From NCBI RefSeq assembly GCF_009914755.1, contig NC_060925.1: a stretch of 64,000 bases of DNA; one strand, given 5' to 3'. Source of the DNA: the human T2T-CHM13v2.0 reference genome, Homo sapiens. The notes under the pieces were generated by a model. It saw nothing but the letters and a program-made list of their open reading frames with translations. It had not been told where the DNA came from and ran no database searches. Both the position numbers and the translations under genes were made by a program. This document shows positions 15,142 through 33,739 of the stretch, piece after piece; positions within the stretch are counted from its first letter, which is position 1; each line of letters opens with the position of its first letter.

Positions 15142-15336
15142 CAATTTACGGACAGTTTCTCTTAAAGCTTTCTCATCCTCAATCATAATGGCCATGTCTT
15201 TCTGAACAGTTGAAGCCACTACAACATCTAATACATCAGCCTTGGAAGCCATCTTGCAGATCATCTCATCATGGGAAAACACACAATATCGATGAAGCAA
15301 GCGATAATGCTCCACACACTGTCGGCCTAATGGCAG
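15142..15336 (-). CDS. KDM5B: KDM5B exon 14 (LPLGRQCVEH...TVRKL, 65 aa)
   Basis: 195 nt, cag/gtaagg, phase 0-0. Confidence 0.98.
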
Positions 15337-15452
15337 CTGTATCAAAACACGGAAAGAAAAAAATAACATTCATCTTTCTTCTATTTCCAAACACCTCTGA
15401 CCCATTATTATCAAATTACCAAACATCACACTATGGGTCTTAACACGTATCA

Positions 15453-16982
<1,530 letters not shown>

Positions 16983-17539
16983 CTAAAGAGACAGAAATTG
17001 AAGATTTTTGAGTTTCTTAAAGAGTGACATTGTTACTAAAGACAATCTGGACACAGTCTATTAGATAATTTTCAAAAAAAGGCAGCTTTCTGAAATTGAG
17101 CCAGAAAAAACAAATTATTATAGTAGAATATCACCTAGAGATACTAATTTATGTCACAAGATGGAGCAGTATCCCAGACTACCAAAGTTGATTAGTATCT
17201 GAACACAAAACAAAAATGTGCCCATATTAAGGTTCAAGGTATAACTTTTAAAAACAGCTGCAATTAAGAATATCCTAATATATTATTATTACCCCTCAAG
17301 TAGCATCTTCTACCACCAATTAAAGCAATCCCACTCTATTTCAAGAATCTCATAACATACAGAGGTCCTCCTCATTTGGAACTCAAACTTACCTCCCATC
17401 ATTCCCTTCTTCCTACCACCACCCTCACCCCAAAAGTACCTATATTGCTCTAGGCACACAAATCCTTATACTGAGCTTATTATTATATAATAATATTAGA
17501 TTCCTTTTCAAGCATCTACATTTCTACACCAATGCTTAC

Positions 17540-17700
17540 CTAGTGTACGGTCCCCCAGAACAAAAGCATCAACATCCACTAGGAGCTTGTTGGAAATGCA
17601 AATCCTGAAGCCCCACTCAGACTAACAAAATAACAGGATCAGAAATTCTAGGGGTGGAGACCAGCCATCTGTGTAGTAATACGGCCTTCAGGGTTCTGTG
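17540..17700. mobile_element. MER5A-like relic
   Basis: gcatcaacatc...gagcttgttggaaatgcaaat...tcagaaattctaggggtgg. Confidence 0.65.
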
Positions 17701-18394
17701 TAAAGACTACTACCCATCACAGGAACACCATATCTTCTACTTGGAATACTTCCTCCTTCCCTGACTCTGCCAAACATGTGATAATTTATCAGAGTTCCAG
17801 CTCCTACTACAGATGTCATCTCATTTAAGAGCCCTTTCTGATTCTCAATAGAGTTATTAGATCAGTCTCATAGTTGTCACCACTGTCAAACCACACCACC
17901 CTTGTATTATCTGTATAAACATTATCTTTTACTTCAGATAATGAATCCCTAAATGCACAAGGAGTTCATTCATCTATCTCTGTAGGTCCAGAATCTAACC
18001 CCAGAAAGTTTGCTCAATTATTAAAGAACCAGGGTCAGGTCTCAATTAAAGCAATCTACTCTTAACAAATTGGAAAAAACAGTCAACATGAGGAAAGAAA
18101 AATATTATGAGAAGAAATACCAACTATGAGGAGATGGTGAGATTGTGGTGCTTACTGGTGATTACTTTCTAAGCTATGGTCCATGCATAATTTATAATGC
18201 CTCAAATGAAAGTCCTTTCTGTTGTCTCCATTGACTAGCCTATGAACCCAAAAGCATAAACTTTAGGTCACAACAAGTTCACTTTAACACTGTAAATGTA
18301 TCATTTACATTTTATTTAGCTAAGATGGACTCTTCATACATTTCAATATGGCTTCCCAAATGTCTTCAGAGTATTCTCCAAAAGGAAGCCAGTA

Positions 18395-18738
18395 TAGTTG
18401 TGCACCATGTAACAACATTTTGGTCACAGACAGACCACATATCAATGGTGATCTGTAAGATTATAATACCATATTTTCACTGTACCTTTTCTGTTTAGAT
18501 ACATTTAAATACACAAATCCTTACTATTGTGTTACAGCTATCTAAGGTATTCAGTACAGTAACATGCTGTACAAATTTGTAGCCCAGCAGCAATAGCCTA
18601 CACCATACAGCCTAGGTGTGTAGTTGGCTATACCATCTAGGTTTGTGTAAGTACACTCCATGAAGTTCACATGACAACAAAATCACCTAGCAACGCATTT
18701 CTCAGAACATATCCCTGTTGTTAGGTTTCCCATGACTG
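18395..18738 (+). mobile_element. Near full-length Tigger3a/MER7-type TcMar DNA transposon
   Basis: TA flanks (18393-4, 18739-40), terminal catgactg, internal ttcagtacagtaacatgctgtac...gcctaggtgtgtag match to recalled consensus. Confidence 0.88.
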
Positions 18739-19108
18739 TATAGTTGTCACTTCATTTAGCAACCTCTAGACTTTTCAGTCAGACTGGGCACCCTAAAATA
18801 CAAGCTCAAGACCTTGAAATAGATTTTCACTTATAAATACACTAAAACCAATGAATTGCAATTATTACTTGCAAAGGAAGGCTGTTTAGCAATCTAGTTA
18901 TCAGCTGCAACAAATTAGTTTTTATGGTATCTAAGGATCCAGTCCTACTGAGTAAATGTACAGTACTGCAGCAAAACAGCTGTTTCTGCTATCAAGTCAT
19001 GCTATGGAAAACACAGAACTAAATCAACATCATAAAAAAGTGAATAAAAAGGAAAAAGAGAAGTGGTGAATTAAGCTTGAGTGGCAGGAGGATTAACCCA
19101 GAACATAC

Positions 19109-19271
19109 AGGCACTTCATGAGTCATCAGGGTATTGGGGTTCATGATGGTCACAAGCTGATGGAGGAGATCCGGCTGGGACACAAAGAGTTCTGGAGCTA
19201 GTTTCTTCATTACATTTTCTAGCTGCTCAGCAGCATACCCTGGGACTCCATACCAGGTTTTTGGCTCACCC
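19109..19271 (-). CDS. KDM5B: KDM5B exon 12 ((W)GEPKTWYG...THEVP); JmjC
   Basis: 163 nt, cag/gtatgt, phase 2-0. Confidence 0.98.
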
Positions 19272-19419
19272 CTGGAAATAGATTATAAAAATAAATCAAT
19301 CTGCAACACCAACACAAACAAAATGGGTTACCAGTTCATATTTTTCAGACTCAGCTTTGTAAGACTACGCAAAAAAGGAATCCACAAACTGACGAAATAT
19401 CATTAGAAATGTGAATGTG

Positions 19420-21222
<1,803 letters not shown>

Positions 21223-21476
21223 CTACCCTTCCCCCAGAATTACGTTGTTCTTGCAAAGTAGTGTGTGTGCAATTTCAGGGAATTCATGGATGCTCTAGGA
21301 ATCTTAAGAACCACTGTCTTAACTTGTCAGGATGCCTGTTCTAACAGAAGTGAAAAACCTTAGGGAAAAAAGTAGTTCAATGCTCTTCAGACACAGTTAA
21401 GACACATCTGCACTGAAAAGGAAAGTTTTCCTATCCAGCATGCATACTACTCATGGGTTCTTTTTGGAACTTCTCA

Positions 21477-21659
<183 letters not shown>

Positions 21660-22564
21660 CTAAAAATAAGAAGACAAAAGAGGATAAAGGTTTAGCTATA
21701 CAATGCTAACGTTTTAGAAGGCCAGCTAAAAATATTATCCTTCAAAATAAAAAAAGAAATGTGGAAGAGGAGGGGCCACCATGCTGACCTTCTAGGATGC
21801 CCAGAGATTCGTTTTGCCCAGTTTTGAGCTTTGTATAAATGGACTCACACAGCACATACTTCTGTATCTGTCTCTTTTTAAATATATATAGAGGAACATA
21901 AGCCATGAGTCCACTTTAACAAAGTTCAAAATCAGTCAAACTAATCTATAGTGTTAGAAGTCAGGATAGTGATTATCCTGAGGGCATAGTGCTTGTCCTG
22001 AAAGAGGAAAAGTAGTGAAGGAGAGCGGGCAAAAAGGGAACTTCTGGGGTGCTGGGAATATCCTATTTCTTGTTTTAGTTAGTGCTGGTTACATGGGTGT
22101 GTTCAGCTTGTGGAAATTCATCAGTCTGTATACATATAACTATGTACTTTTCTGATCATATGTAATACTTTCAAAGAAAACTACCAAAAAAAAAAAAAAA
22201 TCACACTTTCCTACCAAGATAGAAACAGAACTCTTCCTAAGAGTTCGCTAGCATGGAAAAAAATACTCACAAATATTAAAGTTTGAAAATAAATAGACCT
22301 GGTCTCAGGCCTTCAGGTTTTCTTCAGAAGGAGAAACCAAGGTTATAAAATCTGAAGGCAAAGGGTGATAAGTAATTTTCCCCTATGACCACAACATAGT
22401 GACATAGTTAGGACTAGAATTCTTCTGTAGGCTCTTTCTACTTTTCTTGAAATCATTAAAAATCTGGTAATTAAGGATTTGCTAAAAGTAATCATAAGTT
22501 ACTTCAAGCCAACCAAACAGAATTTCAATAAATACCTCAATTTCCAAGCCACTTATATGCCTAC

Positions 22565-22723
22565 CTCTTCCTCAGGTGAGAGTTTGATTTTCCCATCTCG
22601 GACAGGAAAGCCACTGCCAAATTCCTTTGAGGCAATGTCAGCTCCATATTCCACTGTGACATCCTCCTCAATAGTGCTTACTAGTCTCCAAAATTCTTTC
22701 TCAACAAGCTCTGTGGGGACCAT
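22565..22723 (-). CDS. KDM5B: KDM5B exon 10 ([12 protein letters not shown]...SPEEE, 53 aa)
   Basis: 159 nt, cag/gtaggc. Confidence 0.98.
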
Positions 22724-23201
22724 CTGGAAATACAAGGAATAGAAAAAATGAGTTTCCTCACAAACTGTCTGTGACCAATTAAGCTCAGTGATGGGAATCA
22801 AAGAACAGCATCCTAAGGAAAAATTGTGTCTATAATGTTCTATAATTGATCTTAGGCAATTCAGGAAACCTCTACTGTCTAAAAGGAATTTATGTTCCTC
22901 TATCACCAGCCAGGCCACAACTGTAAAAGGGAGCCAAGGAAAGCAATTATTTATGACCGGGAGATATTTCTGTGTTTCAAAAAATGTAACATAAACTGTA
23001 TAGTAATAATGGTTAGTTGTGTCTGAATGACGTATAGCACTGTACAGTTGACAAAAGCACAGTAATAAGGTTTGTTGTTTCAATGATGCTTTATACTTTG
23101 AGATGCTTTCAAATACATTACCTGAGTCCATCCTTTCATTCTTTTCACTGGACCTGTCTGAGAGCAATGTAGGCAACCAACACAAAAAACACAGTATATA
23201 G

Positions 23202-23540
23202 CAGTGGTCGCCAGTGTCCCTGTGTTTTTGGCACCAGGGATGGGTTTCATGGAAGGCAATTTTTCCATGGATGGGGAAGGGCAGGGCGCAAGGGCTGGGA
23301 GGTGGGGGGGGATTAGATTCTCATAAGGAACATGCAACCTAGATCCTTTGCATAGGTAGTTCACAATAGGGTTTGCCCTCCTATGAGACTCTAATGCAGC
23401 CACTGATCTGACAGGACGCAGAGCTCGGGTGTAATGTTTGCCCACTGATCACCTCCTGCTGTGTGGCCCTGTTCCTAACAGGCCACCGACTGGTATTGGT
23501 CAATGGCCAGGTTGGGAAAGGGTGGTTGGGGACTTCCAGT
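23202..23540. mobile_element. MER1B-like hAT-Charlie element
   Basis: tttttggcaccaggga...ttagattctcataagga...gttcacaatagggtt...ctgatctgacagga motifs. Confidence 0.82.
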
Positions 23541-24596
23541 ATATATGATATAACAAAAGGAGCAACTTGTAGCAGCACGCCCTTAGAATAAAGAGTCACC
23601 AGACTAAATGTCAATCTGTTGTTAATCTGGTGTAAATCCAGAGGCAGGTAACATTTAAATGTCTATCCCTCAATGTCCTCATCTAATATTCCGTCAAAAT
23701 ATACAGTTAACCACAAATAGAAGAGGTTACATGCAAGTCATCAGGATTGGTTAAGCAAACATATTGGCAAATATTATAACACATAAGGAAGTCAAGAGAA
23801 CTGAAAATTCAAATGGAGTATAAATTTAAGTCCATTAAATAAGCAAACATTTTAAGTAACTAATAGCTGATGTTAGAGGTGCTGGGGAAAAACAAATTCA
23901 CTCATATATTGCTGGGATCCATAAATTGATACAGCAACTGGGATGGAATGAGGGAGAATGACTCTCATCTGACCTCAATAATCATCCCAAGAAAATCATC
24001 CAATTAAAGAGTACTACATGCATAAAGGGTTTGCTGCAGTGCTTTATTAGTAGTGACAAAAATCATAGCTTAAATATCCAGAATTAAAGCATTACATTTT
24101 GGTGTACTCATTTGATGGAGTATTAAATGCTGAATGGAAAATGCTTATGCTTCAAAGTGCATAAAGGGGAATTAAAAATGGACTCATCCTGAAATTTATA
24201 ATACTAACTTATGATTACATAACAATATACAACAAATGTGTTCCCAATGCATAGTACACCTTGGCACACAGCAGTCATTTAATACATTTTGTGAAGTATT
24301 CTTTATATTTGTTGGGCCAAAATGATTGCTGATGATTTTCTTTATTAGTGTTCTATTACTGGTGCTGTATAATCTGTGTGGAAGAGGTATCTTTAGAGAA
24401 ATTCTAAAATAAAAAATTAGAATGCTTTTTAAAGTATTGTGAAATTTTAAATACCACAAAACAAATTAAAGTTTCATTCTGCTTTCTGTGTGACAATGCC
24501 TACTAGAGTGAGGCCTCAACTAAAAATGGGTCTTCAGGTACACTTTTCTCCAAAAGCTATTAAAATCCTAAATCAAAGCAGTATATATGTACATAC

Positions 24597-24716
24597 ATGG
24601 ACTGGCATGTTGAAGTAATCAGATTTGAACGCATCTGCCATTTCCCCAAAAGTACGGAGGGTATAGTCCCTGGCTGCTTGTTCAAAGCCAAATGCTTCTT
24701 GTGGCTTACTACATTC
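24597..24716 (-). CDS. KDM5B: KDM5B exon 9 ([14 protein letters not shown]...FNMPVH, 40 aa)
   Basis: 120 nt, cag/gtatgt; manually translated. Confidence 0.97.
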
Positions 24717-25445
24717 CTGAAAATAAAGAAAATTACGTTCTAGGTGACACTGAAAACATCAAGTATACTTGGTCAATCATCAAGCTGGCAGATAAAAAAC
24801 AAGGCTTTAATTTGTTTATTTTACTTCTATGCTAGGTCTACATTATAAAAATAAACCTGCCTGAAAAATGTGGTTATTTTAATAAGCAAGTGAAATACAT
24901 TTTATTTATTTGCTAATGAGCAAATAAAATGTCAATTTTAACAACCACAACTTGGATAAATTTATATATTTATAAGAGGCAGGCTAAAGACTCGACTTCC
25001 TTCAAAATCAAATAATGTTTTCAATACTGAAAATGAGAGCAATAATGTCCTCCTGGGAGTTAAAACTATAAAATCAACATACAATAGATCAAAATAGAGA
25101 TAAACCACTTGATGGAAACAGAATGGCTCTCAGGCCAGCAATATTTGATTATAACCTAATACTGGGAGTTAACAGGGGCAGTATAAGCTGCCTTAGATCT
25201 TTGTGAGCCAATAGACTTGAATATTCCAGATCCATTGATAAGGTCATCCCTATTATGAGGTATTAAATAATTTATCCCTGTTCCATGCCTAATAACCTCC
25301 CATTGATGGAGATATCCTTATGTTGTAACATAGCTACGTGGAAAAGCACTCAAACCTTTATAGCCATGCTATACTTAAAATAAACCTCCTTACTATTATA
25401 ATTCAACCCTAAGAAGGGTAATAGACTGACTGCTACATAATATTA

Positions 25446-26552
<1,107 letters not shown>

Positions 26553-26616
26553 TCAAAGGCAAAGAAAAATGCCCTAAAAAAATTTTTCTAGTGTTACCTC
26601 TACTATTAATTATTAC

Positions 26617-26775
26617 CTGAGCCAAACACTTAGGACACCTCCAGTCTCCCTTGGGAACATCATGGAGAGGTGGGATCAAGCAAAAGGTATGGTAACTGTC
26701 ATCACAGCCATCACACAACAGTAGCCGGTCTTCATCATTGCCACTGCCACATAAAAGACAGACATACAGGTCCAC
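26617..26775 (-). CDS. KDM5B: KDM5B exon 8 ([10 protein letters not shown]...CPKCLAQ); PHD1 finger
   Basis: 159 nt, cag/gtaata; C4HC3 pattern. Confidence 0.98.
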
Positions 26776-27082
26776 CTGTAGCAATAAAAGTGGGTACAGA
26801 ACAAAGGAACATGAGCTATTATTTGATTTTCTAAAATTCTAGAAATGAAATGGATCTGAGACATAATCTAGTCTCTACATCCTGCTACAAATGCTTCAAC
26901 CTCTATAAGGGATATTTTAAATAAAAATGTTTCACTTTCTATGAAGGATATTTCACAATACCTCATGCATACCAAATCTGAAGTGGAATCTCCTAGCTTT
27001 CTCAATTGTCATGTGTTTAAAGTTTGTTATTTAAAGACCTAGTTTTTAGTAGGTTCCAAAACAACAAGATGCTAAGGTTATA

Positions 27083-27640
27083 GGCCAAGAGTGGTGGCAC
27101 GTGTCTGTAGTTCCAACTACTTGGGGAATTGAGACAGGAGGATTTCTTGAGCCTGGTAGGTCAAAGTTGGAGTGAGCCCTTATTGCACCACTGCGCTCTA
27201 GCCTGGGTGACAGAGACCCTGTCTCAGGAAAAAAAAAAAAAAGATACCAGGTAATACATTACCAACCTAACCAAAAGTAGAATTTATGAAGGAAAAATAC
27301 AAGTTTTCCATATTTAAAACAAAACTGTCTTAAAGTTAACCACATTAAACTACCAATTTAGGCCTGGCACGGTGGCTTAAGCCTGTAATCCCAACACTTT
27401 TGGGGGCCCTGGCAGGACTGCTTGAAGCCAGGAGTTTGAGACCAGCCTGGGCAACATGGCGAGACACTGTCTCTACAAGAAATTTAAAAAAGAAAAATTA
27501 GCCGGGCATGGTGGTGCACACCTGTGGTCCCAGCTACTTAAGAGGCTGGGGCAAAAGGATCCCTTGAGCCCAGGAGTTCAAGGCAGCAGTAGCTATGATT
27601 GTGTCACTGTACTCCAGCCATCTCTAAAAAAATAAAAATA
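27083..27640 (+). mobile_element. Alu monomer (~27083-27243) and AluJ-like element (~27361-27640)
   Basis: Alu motifs. Confidence 0.85.
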
Positions 27641-27721
27641 AACTATCACTTTTAATTCTAATTAAGGGGACATGGTTAAGAAGTTCCCCTAATGCCCAGT
27701 GATAAAGCATAGTTATTACTT

Positions 27722-28053
27722 TTTATGGGGTATACTGTATTCCCCCCAAAAACTCACATGTTGAAGTCCTAACCCTCAGTACCTCAGAATGTGACTATAT
27801 TTGGAAATGAGTCCTTACGGAGGTAATCATCCAATATGACTGCTGTCCTTATAAGGACAAAGATATGTACAGAGGAAAGACCATGTGAAAGACAGCCATC
27901 CACAGCCAAGGAAAGAGGGCTCAGAAGAAATCAACCCTGCCAACACCTTGATCTCAAATTTCCCAGCCTATACAACAGTGAAAAAATAAATTTCTGTTGC
28001 TTAAGCCACTCAGTCTGCGGCACATCCTTATGGCAGCCACAGCAAACTGATAC
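27722..28053 (+). mobile_element. MLT1-type MaLR solo LTR
   Basis: gttgaagtcctaacc...acctcagaatgtgact...aataaatttctgttgcttaagccac...aaactgataca. Confidence 0.85.
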
Positions 28054-28379
28054 ATTACTCAATACTAGAAAGCTGAGAATTCAACTAAATGGGGAGTCTG
28101 TTGCAGTCTATTTATTGTAGCAAATAAAAATCTAGCTCTGTCAGTTTTCTGATTGTATTGGGGAGAGGGGGTGGGGCAGAAGGTGACATTTATGGAGAGA
28201 ACATTCAATTAGAATAATTTCTAGTTCCAAGAAAAAAAAGCACCGTTTCAGGCTCTCAGAAGGGGGCAGAGAAGAACCAGATCCTTTCTAATGCCATCAG
28301 GCTTTACTTTTAATAAAAGTTTTCCACAGAATAAACAGCTCCCAGCCCTCTAACTCTGCCATGTCCTCTTCCCTATTCC

Positions 28380-28508
28380 TAACTGCTTTCCTTTGTTCCT
28401 TTTCCTTTTCTTCCTTCCTTCTCTACTTCCTTTTCATTCCTTCCTTCCTTCCTCTTCCTTCTTCCTTTCTCTTTTTTGTTCCTTCTTTTCATTTCCTTCC
28501 TTCCCTTT
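28380..28508. repeat. CT-rich low-complexity tract
   Basis: Degenerate (TTCC)n. Confidence 0.85.
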
Positions 28509-28900
28509 GCTAGCTGGGAAGTTGGAAAACACTAACTTGGATTTTTGAGCGAGCCTTCAGCTCATGTAGAAGTGAGCTAGTGATTTATGAGCAATTCTAT
28601 GTATAATGAGCTAGATTACAGTTCATTATTAGTCAGTGCTAAACTGAATGTATTCCAGAAAATCGCAGTCAATGCCGCCCCGGATGTTACTACCATCTTT
28701 ATAGTATGATCATGTATTTCCTCATTTATTAACTAACACTATAAACTGACTTCAGAAGATATTTTTATTGTCAGACACTAAGTTAAACAATCTTATTTAA
28801 GGTACAAATTTAAGTTTAAACTTGGGGGTAAAGGGGATTAAAGAAAGGAAGGGAAGAAGGAAAACAGGAAAGAAAAAGGAGAAAGGGAGATGTCACTCAC

Positions 28901-29010
28901 AGCATTGGTGGCTTTTTTAGATCGACTCTTGGGCTTTTCCTTCTCATTTTCTACAATATAATCTTTCCTCTCAATAGGTTCTTGCTTGATGCTACTCTTC
29001 ATTTCTTTCT
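28901..29010 (-). CDS. KDM5B: KDM5B exon 7 ((E)KEMKSSIK...KATNA)
   Basis: 110 nt, cag/gtgagt, phase 1-0. Confidence 0.97.
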
Positions 29011-30255
29011 CTGTAGGAGGCAATCCAAAATTAGCTCTTTATGATGCTTTTCTCCACTTCCTCAACTCATCATCTCCCTCCCAAAGCACATACTGTACAC
29101 AAACATAATTTCATGTGTGTTTTCACATTTTAGTAGCAATAGCACCCAGTATACTTTATTCAAGGGCTCAAATGCTGATTACTTTATGATAAAATGCAAA
29201 CTCTTGTGCCATTTAAATTTCAAGATGTAGATTACTTCTGGAGATGTCCCTCAGGTTTGTATGCTTTCAAAATAGGAATTAGTTTTCTCAAGACCAAGAC
29301 ATAACATATACCGATGAAATCAAATTCCTGTTGGCCATGACTACAAGAGACCAACAGTTCACCAACTATATCTCCTCCACATAACACATTATCTCTCCAT
29401 GATCTAAGATGACTTCCTGGTCATCCTCCTGGTCTCCAAATTCCTGGTTCTGAAGACTGAGAAGTTTGGCGAAAACACTGGCTATCAATTACTGAACTAT
29501 CATGTGGTAGGCATTGTGCTCAATGCTTTCCATAAAGTATTTAATCCTTCACAACAAACCCATTTCAAAGGTAAGAAAACTGATGTTAAAGTAAATCAAG
29601 AAACATCTCTAAGGTTACATAACTAGTTAGCGGTTGTGCCAAGATTACTGTATTACTTTATATTGTATCTCTATTACTTTCCTGTGCATTGTGCTGCCTT
29701 TCCACTAGTTCACTAATCCCTAGGTTGAACAAATTTTAGTAACTTCTTAATTTGTATGTGCCTCCTATATAGGATATAAGATTTCTCTTAAAAGAATCTC
29801 AAATCCACCTCTCAGTGACTTACATCAAGTGATACCCAGGCAAGCAATTAACCACAATTCAGATTTAGGAAGCATGTCTGTTTGCCTTGCCTGAAATAAA
29901 TCTATCAGACATTCGGTCAAAGGCACCTATGTTTTTCACAAATTACTTAAGTAACTGCATTGAATCAAATTTCAAAGTAGCAACTTGCTACAGCTGAGAA
30001 ACTCATCCACACTCCTAATATGCATACATATAGTTTCTGTTTCTCTCTCCCACTAGTCAGTTAATTATGAGAACAAGGACACTGTTGATATATTAAGATT
30101 TTCTCAAAGCCCAACCCAGTGACTACTATGTACTGGCTGCTCTAAATTTTACTTTTTAATTTTTTTCTATTGAATTTTCAGCTTATGTTTACTTATGAAT
30201 AGTTATTTTTACTTTATTTACTTTTTCTTTCCTATTCATTGACAAATTTTCTTAC

Positions 30256-30352
30256 CATTTTCACATTTTGGAGTTGGACAACCCATTCGACGTCTCAGAT
30301 TATGAGTTCTGGCTTCTGTTGTCTCCTCGGGTTCTATTTTAATATTCATGGC
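30256..30352 (-). CDS. KDM5B: KDM5B canonical exon 6 (AMNIKIEPEE...PKCEN(E))
   Basis: 97 nt, aag/gtaaga, phase 0-1; manually translated. Confidence 0.96.
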
Positions 30353-30561
30353 CTTAAAAAAATTGTCATATACATGAATATTTCCTTTAAGAAGAAATAA
30401 TCTTTAAAAATCCAACTGGAATCTCAAGGTGACTATATCCTACCAATTGCCTCTATTAACAGGGCATTCAAAACATACTTCTCTCTCTTCCTAAGGAAGA
30501 GAGCTCACCTTTGAAACTACTATTAAAGCATGAATGAGAAATTTAAAAATAGGGAAAAGTT

Positions 30562-31190
<629 letters not shown>

Positions 31191-32219
31191 AAGAGAAGTG
31201 TTTCTATTCAAATTCGGAAGAACAATTCTTATTTTCCTCCTAGAAGGTTCTTGGTTCTTATCTATTTGCTTTATGCTTTATTCAATCATCGCAATAAGCC
31301 AAATCCTAAGTAGTTATATAAATGTCATAACTCCATCAGCCTCTAAGAGTTTGCTGACCTATTCCAAGGTCTGTCAGTATTTACAGAAAATTTTGCTTCC
31401 ACAATAATTTTCCATAAATTATTTTAATAAACTATTATTATAAACTACACTTCTAACATCACTAAACTATTAAGGGCTCCTTCCTCATTGAGGGTATAGA
31501 AGCCAATCTCAGTTTCTATTATTTCTTAAAGTGCTGATACTTATTGGTAAAGCAAATAAAACCATTTTTTGTGGTAATACTGAAGTATCTGTGGAACTGT
31601 GCTTTCTCACTTTGCCTGTGTTTATTCATACATTTTAATGATGTCCACTGCTAAAGGAGTTTATTCCATGGGCAATATCATTACTATCAGGTGTCATCAA
31701 GGCAGATGTAGGCATCCACAGCACTGGGGCATTTCTTATATACACATGTATAAGATCAAGAATATGCTCAAGAAAGAACTGATTCATAGATTAATTTACT
31801 TTAAACATGCTTATGGGCTTCAAATAACCATATTTTCCTATTCTGGGCAGTCTCCTTCATTCAGAAAAAGTGAATCACTAAATTTTTTTCCTATCTCCAA
31901 CTTACCAAAGTGAAAAACTATTCTCTTATTTATCTATTTCTTCAGAAAACAAAATGGCTGATTTTTTTCATTTTTGATAATTATTGAAAACCAGTTACTG
32001 ATTTACTATGATTAATGCAATATGAGGCTTCCCAGCTCTAAACAGTTCCCTATATATTATCTCTGAGTCCTAAAACTCACATATCCATCAGGCTAGGCAG
32101 GAATCCAAAACCTTCATACCTCTGGTATGGGAACGAGATCACTAGAAAAATACTCTTCTTCCTTTCCCAGGGAAAGCTTCTCAGAGCAGAAAAATCTTAA
32201 AGCAAATAATCCTTCTCTA

Positions 32220-32755
<536 letters not shown>

Positions 32756-33130
32756 CTAACCACTCTGTTTAAAAAAACTCCTAATCTTCATGTTTTCTAG
32801 CCTTAATCTCCATTAAACAACGCCAATCTTGTGAGGGTAATGGGCAATCCAAGTAGGAACACAGGAACACCAATTCTTCTAAGGCCTTGACTGGTAATAA
32901 GCGGCTGTCTGTCCAGGCAGCATAAATTTAGAAAGACTTATTCGATTCCTTACCCCTTTGATGGTACAATTCACCCAAGTGTAAAAGCTGGAATACAAAC
33001 AGCATCCCTTTGTGAGATTAACAAGGTTCAAAACTACAAAGAGCACACACATGAGAGAAATCCAGTGCCAGACAGCCATTGGTATTAGGGCTTGAGAATT
33101 CCTTTTAAATTAACCTCATGAGGCTCTTAC

Positions 33131-33265
33131 CTCTGCTCTCATGCGTTTTGCTCGTCGGGCTGGGGGGCACGTTTCCGAAGGCTGCACAGACTGCCTCTGG
33201 GGAATATCATGGGGTTTGTACTCCTTGTCCTTAGTGTCTGTGGTCAGGTTTGGCTTCTGCAAACA
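33131..33265 (-). CDS. KDM5B: KDM5B exon 5 (CLQKPNLTTD...KRMRAE, 45 aa)
   Basis: 135 nt, tag/gtaaga; manually translated. Confidence 0.97.
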
Positions 33266-33305
33266 CTAGAAATAACAACTGTACTGATAAATTCCCTCCT
33301 TTTTT

Positions 33306-33739
33306 TTTTCACATCATAAGTTTATTGACAAACATATCTAGCATGCCACATGAGTTCGAGTTTGATCTACTTCCAGAGGCTGCACCTCTTAAAATACTCT
33401 TCATATCTGTTAAATGGAGGAACTGAAACACCCTTATGTTTTAAGCAGTTGGTGTCTTACTACAAGGAAGGGTATAGCAAACGCAGATCCAAAGTACAAA
33501 CACATCTTAGCTAGTAACGACCACTTGTTTTCCACTGAAAATGGCAAATTCTTCCCAGGGCCCTCCTCACAGTGGCTCCTACGGACCACAGAGGCTGTGA
33601 ACCTCCGGATGCTCTAGCCCAACATAGCGCTGCTGGAAGCTCTGCGAAAGGTGCAGAGACCGAGGAAGGATGAAATGGCGGCACCTCACCAAGACGTTTT
33701 TTTCACGACCTTGTTCCCCGGTGTGCAAGGACTGAAAGG
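33306..33739 (-). pseudogene. Full-length processed COX7C pseudogene, sense to KDM5B, in intron 4 (probably COX7CP2)
   Basis: CDS remnant 33625->33434: [62 protein letters not shown]; stop at codon 4 (33614-16); UTRs, AATAAA 33321-26, poly(A); TSD attccctcctttttt at 33291-33305 and 33740-33754. Confidence 0.96.

Noticed and set aside
17393-17540. Two consensus-like donors (GAG/gtaagt, TAG/gtaagc) in intron 12
   Set aside because: No convincing partner acceptor found
22553-23185. 210-aa ORF
   Set aside because: Only the last ~53 codons are exon 10; the rest is a chance open intronic frame
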